DNA of 64,000 bases from Vicugna vicugna (taxonomy: Eukaryota). Each line of letters begins with the position of its first letter. Position 1 is the first letter of the stretch. Below the pieces are notes generated by a model that had not been told where the DNA came from, did not search any database, and worked only from the letters and a program-made list of their open reading frames with translations. The stretch covers positions 2,505,696 through 2,569,695 of the forward strand of contig MU058540.1 in the NCBI GenBank assembly GCA_013265495.1, given 5' to 3'. Position numbers and translations under genes: made by a program. Below are positions 54,368 to 64,000 of the stretch, piece by piece.

Positions 54368-55594
54368 GTGAACCCTTGAGATTTCCAGTTTTCATCCATC
54401 AGCTTACCTACTTGCTCAGGATGCCCAAGGCATATGAAACTGTGGGGACTGATCTCAGTGGAAATAAGGGGAGGGAAGTCCTAGATGCAGAACTTAGAAG
54501 TGATGAATTTGTGTCCTTTTTCTAGGAAGCTGTGAGCCGAGAGAGAAAATTTGAGTTGGAACAGGAGAGAACTTGACGCCGGTGAGACCGAGCCTTCTCC
54601 TCGCAGCTCTCAGACACCCTCCCCTCACCCCAGGCCTTCCAGGGACCGAGGTGCCACCCACTGCCAAGCCTATCGGTCTAGTGGGTCCTGCTTCCCCCGG
54701 GCAGGAGCCATCTGGTCTAAACACCCGCCCAGCTTCCCTGTGGTCTTTCTACTACCCTCTTCTGGACAGACAGATGGACGTCAACACAAATGGGCACTGA
54801 AGAGGGTGCAGCACAGCCTCCTCCCAGCCAGCTGGGCTCAAGCCTTCCTCTCAACCCAGCTCCTAGGATCTCGCCCACAAGGCAGAACTCGGGGGGGTCA
54901 GACAGGGCTGAGGCATTTCTGTTTCCTGTGGTGTCTTCTTCTGTTGTCTGTTTTTGTTCGTACAGCGTACGAAAGGCTTGGCTTGGAACCAGCGGACTCC
55001 ACTTGAGTCACGCGTGGGACTACCCTGGTGGAGCTGATCTGATCTGACTCGCAGCCATTACAAGTTCCCCAGAGATTATGTGATGCGGCCGGCTTGAGCG
55101 GGCCGCCCCAGCCTTCCCCGAGTCCTGCTGTAATTGTAGAGGAAATGGGAGGCCACACGTGCCTTCCCACCCCCAGCCCCAGCCCGAATGAGAGCAGACT
55201 CTGTCTCCTCTGCACACCTGTAGTGAAAATGTTCCACGAGAAAGACACCTTCAGCCTCAATTTTTCCAGCCTGTCCAGAAAAAATTTGGCTCACTTCTTT
55301 GCAGAGTGTGAATAACCTCTAGCCCCAGCCAGGCCCAGTACGGAAGCCTGGGCTGCCCACAGGCCTCTGGTGCATTTGCTTAACAAATCCTAGAATGCAA
55401 ATCCCAGTGGACAGGGTGGAAGACAGCCCTGAAATGTGGCCCCTGAGATGGACACATGTAAATTTAATTTAAAGCTCAGACGCTCTTATGTTATATGAGT
55501 ATCGATAAATCCTCTTATGTATTTTCCTTCATTTTCTTTAATTTCCCTTTTCCCCATTTTGAGGTAATTAAGAGAATTGTTCTTGCATTTGTTC

Positions 55595-55766
55595 CAGGGT
55601 TGCCAGAAAAAAATACAGGACACCTTGTTAAATTTGAATTTCAGATAAACAAAGAATAATTACTTAGTATAAGTATGCCCCCAGCATTGCAATTATTTGT
55701 TGTAGATCTGAAATTCAAATTTAACTGGGCCACCCATATTTTTCTCTGCTAAATTTGGCAACCCTA
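55595..55766. mobile_element. MER53-like palindromic hAT MITE
   Basis: Termini cagggttgcca...tggcaacccta and internal inverted repeat ttaaatttgaatttcagat / atctgaaattcaaatttaa. Confidence 0.8.
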
Positions 55767-56181
55767 ATAATTCCTTCCTCCCTTTTTTTTTTAAACTGAC
55801 ACTAATGGATTTTTTTTTCCCTGATGTGCCAGTCACTGTGCTTTGAAATTGGGAGCTCTCACCAGTACCAGAGTCAAGGCCAGGACACTCCTTGGCCTTC
55901 TAAACAAGCAAATCACAGACACCTACAGCACAGCCCTCCCTGTAACCCAGCTAGCACCCCAACTCAGCCAGCTGTCCCCTGACCCCATTATCTCTGACTC
56001 ACCCACTAAGCCTCCTGACTTCTCAGGGTGAGAAATTCGGTCATGTCCTGATGTCAATTGCCCAGCTTTCAAATGCGTTCCTAAAGCAGGCATCAGACTG
56101 GCCTAGATGTGGTAGGTTGCCCCATTTTGCCTCCATGGTGAATAATCCAATTCAAGTAAGACCTTTGTGCAAATCAATTTC

Positions 56182-56187
56182 TTTATT
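56182..56187 (-). terminator. Candidate BNIP5 polyadenylation signal
   Basis: tttatt on + (AATAAA on -), about 2 kb after the stop; other hexamers exist, e.g. 57343-57348. Confidence 0.4.
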
Positions 56188-58192
56188 TGCTCAAATAACA
56201 GAGTACAAAAATGAGACTCAGATGCCAGCATCAGAAACTCACCAAATACTTATACAGCTTAAAGAATATCATTCCAAATAAGAAACCATGTGCAGAAGGT
56301 TCCTGACCCTCATTTCAGAAGGATTCTAATCCTTCACATTTTGGCACCACGTTCCTGAACATCATGTAAAATCAATCCATAAATACCTCCCCCCTCCCCC
56401 CACCACTTCTCAGAAGCAGCAATAACACTAAAGGACTTTCAGAATTTAAAATGTTGCCTCAGACTTGAGGGCAGTCCCATCTAAGTGCCCAGGGCCTCTC
56501 TGCCCTTGGTTTTTCCCCCTCCCCAGCCCCACCTAATGGTGCTCACCACAAGTTCAACACAGCAAGACAGTGTCTACTGAAAGTAACAAGAATGAGTTTG
56601 CCATCCAGGTTTTAACACCCTCTCCCCATGGCCTCGTGTTCCAGGTAATGTCCAAGGGCTCATAGCCCTTGTTCATAGCTGTCAGGCATGCATGTAGAAA
56701 ATGGACACATGGGAAATTGTCCACCTGAGCCAAGTTGTTGAAACTGTTCAGCTGTGTAGAAGACAAAACCTCACCTTTGTGCAAAAAAAAAAAAAAGAAA
56801 AAAGAAGCCCCTGTCTCAAGACACTTTACTGCTATGAGCTGGAAAATCGTCATCATAAATCTATAAATTCACAATGTCTTGGAAGTGAATAGCACTTCCT
56901 GGGGTATGTGCTCTTGAGCAGTGCACACTCTTGCAACCATCCATAGCCATCCAGCTTGAAGCTCTCCCCCATTTCCTGAAAACTACCCAGACTGTAGCTG
57001 TAATAAAAATAACAACATACATAGACACAGCACTATGTTATTTCAGAACTCTTCACATTCATTTTACTGGCTTTTGGCAAACCCCCATGAGATAGGAGAG
57101 CTGCAAAGCATCAACATTTCTCTGATTGTAGAATTATAGGATACAGAGTTGGAAGGATTCTGAGAGACCAGTTGTCCCCAGTCTATAGGTCTTCCCCATC
57201 TGGAGGCTGCAGAGTTCCTGGGAGGATCTACATATTCATATGGGCATAAAGCACTGTTGGGTCAACTGGATAATTATGTATTATACATAGATACGCATCT
57301 GTTAAGTGCATGTGGATGTTCTGGTGAGAGATTAACCAAAAATTTATTTTTAAAACTAAGACTCATTTAAAACTAACATCTGAAAAATGTCAAAAGGCCT
57401 CTTATGTGATGAGGGCATATCATTAGCCCTGGTAGATCATGAAAATTACATGATAAAAAAATAAGGGCACATAAATTGGCATTAGGCACTAGGGTTGGCC
57501 CCAGAATGCAAAGGCCTTGACTCCTGGTCCAATGCTCTGGACCAATGACTGTTGAGGTAGCTCCCCCATTTCCTCCCTAACTCCCAGTTCAGAGTTAGAA
57601 CCACTGGTTGCACAATTCCGGTTGAGGACCAAGGCCTCCCAGCGAATGCCTAGCAGAATTGTCTGGATCTCAGGGGTTCTTCCCCTTGATCATTCGTCCA
57701 TTCACGCATTCGTCCACTTATTCATTTGGTCAATACTTAAAGCTCATTGGGGTGAGTGTATTTCACCAGAGTGAAAGCACTTAGTACCTCGCTTTAGAGA
57801 GACTTCAGCATAATAGAGCCAGAAGGGGTCTGATGGGTCACTAATCCGGCCCAGAATCCAAGGTCTGGAGAAAAGAGGGCACATGGGACATGTACAAGGT
57901 CTTGCAGCAAGTTTGGGACAGATCAGCAGGTGGAATCCTGGTCTCCTAAATCCCAGTCCAATGCTATGTCCTCCAATGGCCTCTGACCCCAGGTTTGTGG
58001 AAGAACACTTTGTGCATTCTCTGTCTCAAGAAGCCCACAGTGATGCATGAATACAGAATGGCTGCCAGCTGTTGTCTTCAGTCCTGTCTATGTAGCACTG
58101 GATTGGGACATCACGGAGCATCTTCAGGGTTTCCTGGCTAAAGCCGCCAAAGTTTGGATAGTTTGAGGGAACTTGAATGCAAAGCACAGTTT

Positions 58193-58228
58193 TCAATCTG
58201 GACTTTGGGTCTGAGAGCTTGTGATGTT
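58193..58228 (-). CDS. BNIP5: BNIP5 last coding exon
   Basis: ttttcatcccag|NITSSQTQSPD*; resembles the NITS..SPD C-terminus I recall for BNIP5. Confidence 0.9.
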   Translation of the reverse strand, partial: NITSSQTQSPD

Positions 58229-59800
58229 CTGGGATGAAAAAAGAACACAGGTTTTAACCACAGCCCAATTATGTGTGGGTCCCACCCTGATAACAGCAGA
58301 CTTCTCATGAACCCACTGGCTTCCACCTCTGGGTCTTTGCTCACACAGTACTTCCTACCAGCAGTGTCCTCTTCTTCCTTTCTTCCCATCTACAGCCTCT
58401 CCATCCTCAAAGGTCAAAATCAATGCCTGCTACCTCCTGGAAGGTTCCCAGAACCAACTTGCTTTATTGACTTCAGTTTTTGCTAATTTGTCATTTAATT
58501 GATATTTAATTTTGTCATCAGTGAACATTCTGTCTTTTCCACTAGCTGAACCTTCCACCTGCCTTCATGGCACCTTGCACAGCTAGGCACATAGGAGGCT
58601 CTGAATGTCTACTGGTCACATGAATGAGTGAATAAATGAATGAATAGTAAAACCAGTAGATGGAGTGAGGGCTACTGCAGATGTCAGAGCTGAAGTGTCT
58701 CTAATATCTTTCACAAAGAACTCAGATCCCTCTGTAAGCTATTACCTAACCCATCTTGGAGAGCAAATTATCTTCATTCTCTGGGAGAGGACAATGAGTC
58801 TGAGAAACGAGAGGTCTAAGGTTACGAGGAGCTCCCACCAGGAAAACAAGCCAATGCAGGACAGACCATTCGAATGAAAAGTTCAAGTGTCAGGAATTAA
58901 GACCAGCTTTCTTGAGAGATGTGTCACATGGCTTCTAAAGGTAATTCCAGGAGGGGAAGTCTAAGAGTTTGACGGTGACACCATTGCAATAAAAGTCTGG
59001 TTTCCCAGGGGACCTTCTGGATATAGAAGTTCTGGTCCTATTTGTCCAACACCAACAGGACATTTCACTCCTTGAAAATCACAACTTCACTCAGTAGTTT
59101 CTGCACTATAGATCTGGTCATTTAAGTGAATTTGAAAAGGGTGGGGAGAATTTTATCAGAGTCCACCAGAAAACTCAGATTAAAAAAAAATAGTGATAGT
59201 TATTATCTCTATAGAGACCATCCCAGAGCCTCAGGGAACAGAGGTTATTGGGAATAGCATGAAACCAGTCAAAAGAGTGAGTGACAGCAGAAGAGTGGCT
59301 CTTCGTAATCAATCAAGGCAGGGTCAGTGAAGGATGGCTTCTTGGAAGCCTTCCAGAACCAAACAGCCCAGGGATCCTTCTCATCTACCTCAGCCATCCC
59401 TTATTTGATATGTAATCTTACTTCACTTTCTTCTTCTTTTTTTTTTTTCTATGACAGTCTCAGTTTGGGAAGGCAAGCAGCAGAGCCCAAGAAATAAGAG
59501 GGCAAGCTAAGATAGTACCCAGTCCAATATTCCATACTGATATCTAGAAGTATGAAAAGGCATATCCAAACTGGAGATCAGAGCCAAATAAAGAAGGTGC
59601 TTTAATTATCAGATAAAGCCAGAGAGAGTTTTGGAAAAGAAAAAGTCCACTGTGGTTGTCTCAGAAGGCCTCCATAAGGAGGTGGCATTTGAGCTGGACC
59701 CCGAAAGTCCTGATCTGAGCAGGGGAGGGGAGAGGACAGTAAGGAGATCCTGTGGTGATTGTGAGCCTGTTACCCTTTGTGTCCAATTGCCCTTTCTCAC

Positions 59801-60058
59801 CTGCTGGGCCTCCCCATATGGGAACTGGCTATAACTGGGTTGCCTGTAGTGTAGGCCCACGAGGCTGAGGGTGACGTTGCAATTGCTGACAGAACATTTG
59901 TTAGCCAGGCCAAAGACAAACGGGTAGGGACTCTTGGTGAGGTTCCTGTCCGACTCGGTGGAAGGGGTCTCTTGGCTGCGCAGGGTGGCTAGCAGCTTTC
60001 TGAGGGAGGAGTCTGAGAGCTTGTAAAAAAATTTCTTAAAGCTGGGGTGTCGCCTGAT
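59801..60058 (-). CDS. BNIP5: BNIP5 penultimate coding exon
   Basis: ttgcag|IRRHPSFKKFFYKLSDSSLRKLLATLRSQ...SQFPYGEAQQ|gtgaga; 258 nt. Confidence 0.93.
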
Positions 60059-60499
60059 CTGCAAGCAGAAATGAAAGCAGGCCATCAGTGTTGCTGGCAG
60101 GTGGCTCCCTCCCATCAGTTGCCCCCTCCCCAATGCCATACAGCCAGGTTGGGTGCCTCATCGTCCCTGAGACAAGCATCCCTTGTTAAGTTCCTCCATC
60201 ACCCGTAGCCTCTCAGAATCTGTTCTGCAAGTTTCAGCTCCAAGCAGCTCAACACAGAGGGGAGAAAAAAATGCAGGTTTTTGGATTTAGATAATAGATG
60301 CTTAAATCGCATTTACTAGCTGTGTGAACTCTCTGAGCCTCTGTTTGGTCATGTATAAGATGGAAGTAATAATATCCCTACCACCACCGTTGTTGCTGGG
60401 GGGAGGGGATTAAATGAGATAGTTTACGTAATGTCTTGGGCAGAGTGGATGTTGGATGAATTTCAGTTTTCACCCTAAGCCTCCTCATCTTAATACCTA

Positions 60500-60920
60500 A
60501 ATGTTTGAGGTTGGATTCTCCAGAGGTGGACCCAGAGACCAGGACTCGGATGCAACTCATTTAGGTGATAAATGATCCTGGCAAACATGGATGAGGGAAT
60601 GGAGACCTGGGACAAAAATGGGACAGCAGCCCACTTGGGCTGGCAGCTCCTGATCCCCTCAGGGCACTCTGGGAGCCCATGTAGAGCACACTGCTCAGAA
60701 TTATCACCCCAAGGGGCAAGGGAGTAGGATATGTATACACCAGCTCCCATCTGCCATTGGTTGAGGGCTGCTCCTGGGGAGGTGGACAGTGCTCATTCTG
60801 GCCTACCACCTGGGTGTTAAAATGGCTCTGGGGGCCAGTCTTCAGGCAAAAGGATGCAGGTGCTGGCCGTCAGGAGCTGGGCCAGGTGGTGTTAAGGCGA
60901 GGAACCAACTGCATCTGCTA
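60500..60920. mobile_element. MLT2-like (ERVL) LTR
   Basis: tgtttgaggttggattctccagag...gagaccaggactcggatgcaactcattta. Confidence 0.5.
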
Positions 60921-61434
60921 TACTAATTACTCATCTGTGACTTGCCCTCACTCCTGACACCTCTTCCTAAGTGATCTGTGTAGGTCTCTCCAAGTAGACT
61001 GCAAGGTTTTCAAAGGCAGGGAACCTTCTGTTATAGGCTATCTAGTAGGGGAGGAAAATCTAAATGCTTGAAAGAATTGGAGACCATGTAAATGCTGAAC
61101 TGTGTGCCAAGGCAGAGTGATAGGAGAGGACAAGATCAGAGGGACCGGCAGCCCGGACCTGGGGAAAGAGGCTTCCCGGACTGAACTTCAAGGAGGATTT
61201 GGACTAGGGGAGGTCCTGGCTGGCAGAGGGAGCTACATGAGGTTTATACTCATTTAAACTAATATTTTTCTCATTTGCCATATGTCTGGCATTTTCTGTA
61301 TATGTACTAACCTTGGCAAGTAGGTATTTATCCCCTATTTTGCAAAAGAGAAAACAGAGACTCACAGAGGTTAAGGGACATGCCATAGTCACGCAGATGC
61401 AGAGGTGGGGATTGAACTTGGGGTCAGTCCTCAC

Positions 61435-61499
61435 CTGGTCCCCTAACTGGCCATCCACTTCTTGGAGAAGGGCCACCAGCTTCTGGATGATCAGCTCCT
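61435..61499 (-). CDS. BNIP5: BNIP5 exon (BH3-like helix)
   Basis: ccttag|(K)ELIIQKLVALLQEVDGQLGDQ|gtgagg; 65 nt, phase 1 to 0. Confidence 0.93.
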
Positions 61500-62411
61500 C
61501 TAAGGAAAATAAAGAAGGACTGAGGGACTGTTGACAAGCTCTGCAATAACACATCCATTGACTACAGACAGTATTTTGTCTCTGAAGCACAGTACAGAGA
61601 TTAATTAGGAAGAGCAAACAAAAATCTTCCCCTAAACTAGGGTAGAATGTGAGAGCTTCATCTGGGTTTGCTTTATCGAAATAGAAGGGACTTTGGCCTG
61701 CTGAGCCTCACCTGTTACTGCATTCAGCTCCATTTGATGGATGAGGAAACTGAGACCTCCCAATGTCGTTACCCAGGCTACAGAGCAGTGTGATCAGGAA
61801 TGGGAGTTGGGACCAGGAACAGCTAACCTGAATGCAGGGAGGGGACATGCCATGGCTACTGATGGAGCAAGAGTGCACCATTGCCTGGGCTATAAACGGC
61901 AGTGTGCCAGTGGCTGCTTGTACCAAGAGTTAGTTGTAAATATTCAGAAAATTTGTGGACCCATTGTTGTAAACTGTTGGCAGCTTGAAATCGGCCATTG
62001 TGAAAATATTTATACCACAGAAATCTGCAAATGCTACAAATCAGGGCTTCCCCCTGACCCTCTGCCCCTGCCCAGCGCTTGTGGCCAGTACACCACTGGT
62101 TGTGAGACCCTGAGCAAGCTAGGAATTTTATAAGAAACAATTTTGGCAAAGTAATGAGATGGGGGGAGGGTATGAATTTATATCTGCAGAATAGACAGGT
62201 TTTCTTTACCTAAAGAAGGCTCTCCACCTGCAACTCTGCCCCAACAGCCCCAGTTCAAAGGCCAACCGCGTCTTCCCCCCTGCCCTTCTAGAGTCTCCTG
62301 AGATATTCATTAGCCTCTTTCCCAGTTTCCTACTAGGATTCAACCTGTAAAATCCATGCAAAAGGGAAGCCCCAGGGCCACCATCCCAGAAAAGAGCAAG
62401 GTGCCACTAAC

Positions 62412-62543
62412 TGGATTCACTCGCTCCACCTCGCTGAGGTCCCGCTTCTGGCTTGTGGCTTCTGGCCTGGGCGGGTACTTCTGAAGACCCATCTGGCTCC
62501 CCTTCTGCAGGCGAGGGCTCATGGAACTCGAGATCCTCCGGAT
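62412..62543 (-). CDS. BNIP5: BNIP5 exon
   Basis: ccctcag|(D)[43 protein letters not shown](K)|gttagt; 132 nt, phase 1 to 1. Confidence 0.9.
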
Positions 62544-63376
62544 CTGAGGGCAGAAAGGAGTTGGTATGAGTGTGTCTGCACCTGTTTCAAATCCACCAGC
62601 ACATCGCTGAACCCAGGTTCTGACAAGAAGCTGTCCAAAGGCACTGGCTCCAGAGGGGTCCTGGTTTCCCAGGCTCCTCGGGGAACCCCTAGCCCCATTG
62701 GACCTGCCTCAGAGGGGTTCACAGCGCTCCTTGGTCCTCCAAAAGTCTCATTCTTCTTTCTTCCACCCATCCCCCTGGCCTCCTCACAGTCTGGGAGGAA
62801 AACAAGCAGGCCTGCCAACAGGCCCCACCGAGCGAGCCCCCGTCCCCTATAACTCTGCGAGGCTTGCTGAGCCCTTGGCCTGTCTGAACCTTTTTCCGTC
62901 TATCAGATGGAAGTTAGAGGACCGACTGACCTCACAGGGATTAAGTAGGCTAAATGAGATAAAACGTATGAAAGTGGCACGCCGCAGGCCGTCCGTAAAT
63001 GTCAGGGGAATTGTTGTACACCGGTGGTTCTCATGCTTCGGTGCAGTGAGGAAACAGAGGCCCGGGCCGTATCTTACTTCATCAAACCTGGGTCTCTGTT
63101 TTTCTATCAGCTTTCCAGGTGATTCTGATGCATGTAGCTAATGAACAGATGCACTGCTCTCACACCACCTTTGTTTTTAGGTGTTTAAGTGTGTGAGTGC
63201 GGGGTAGGTGGTATTGGGGAGTGGTCCTGGCTGGCAACCAGCCCGCTTTCTCCGCTCCACAGCCCTCCCACACCCCCTCACTCTGCTCAGACACCACACA
63301 GCTGGCCAACCCTGCCCTGAGGAAGCCTGGGGCCAGAGGCAGCCTCTGTTACCATGGCAACCCTGGGCCTGCTCAC

Positions 63377-63623
63377 CAGGGTTGCTGGAGATGGAGGGCC
63401 GATGGCCCCCGACACACAGCGGCAGAAAGCTGGGCCTCTTAGGCAGCCGGGACTCTGGGCTGGCAGCACCTGCAGTCCCCAACCCGACTCTCTTGGGCTC
63501 CTTGGAGCTATGTTTTTTATGAGAAAAGGCTTTTCTGAAGCTGGATTTTCTCTCTTGGGATTTCCTCCTGCAGGCAGGGGCCAGGCTTTCTACAGTCACC
63601 TCTGGCTCCTGGACTTGAAGTTG
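63377..63623 (-). CDS. BNIP5: BNIP5 exon
   Basis: ctgcag|[45 protein letters not shown]...[22 protein letters not shown](D)|gtgagc; 247 nt, phase 0 to 1. Confidence 0.92.
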
Positions 63624-63950
63624 CTGCAGGAGAGATAAGGGAAACTGAGTCAGGATCCCTGCCTTTGAGGAGATTACAAGTGAGCTGAGGAAAGAGACCA
63701 GCAGCCCCTGAAACAAATAGAGACCCACTGTGAACCAGAGGATGTGTCCCAGGGAGACGAGGGGTTGATGCTTAGAGCTGGGGAAACAAGTATGCCGGCA
63801 GTGGCCGGGGGAGACTCGGAAGAGGAGGGACTGGAACCAGGCTCTGGCAAGATGTAGAACTGGGGGAGGGGCAGGGGAGTTATTGTGCCGGGTGGGGGTG
63901 GGGGTGTCCATCGTGAGGGTCAGGGTCTACATGGGGAACATCTTCCTCAC

Positions 63951-64000
63951 CTTATCTCCCCCCTGCTCCTCTGCATCTTGGAGTAGGGCAACGATCTTCT
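63951..64000 (-). CDS. BNIP5: BNIP5 (C6orf222) internal exon, cut by the window edge
   Basis: (Q)KIVALLQDAEEQGGDK|gtgagg. Confidence 0.85.

Overview
Mammalian genomic DNA, probably camelid, judging from tRNA-derived SINEs and an L1 3' end that resemble camelid families (recalled, not searched). On the + strand it holds the complete coding region of PNPLA1, the epidermal omega-O-acylceramide transacylase: 9 coding exons from 18996 to 53825, with GTSAG/S53 and DGG/D172 intact. On the - strand it holds the 3' part of the convergent gene BNIP5/C6orf222 (6 coding exons, 58193 to the window edge). Most of the rest is MIR, L2, L1, LTR and MER repeats. The main unexplained signal is a chain of about 18 exon-like segments on the - strand from about 32.9 kb to about 0.8 kb. 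Most have AG/GT boundaries, many adjacent junctions are phase-compatible, and the translations look like protein but carry scattered stops. A Kozak ATG and an RFX/NF-Y promoter-like element sit at its head. I read this as a large decayed antisense gene interleaved with PNPLA1 exon 1; this is inference and I do not recognise the protein. PNPLA1 itself shows a Gly20Ala change in the Gly-rich loop, a shifted splice acceptor and frameshift-remodelled C-terminal exons. There are no prokaryotic systems such as CRISPR arrays or operons.
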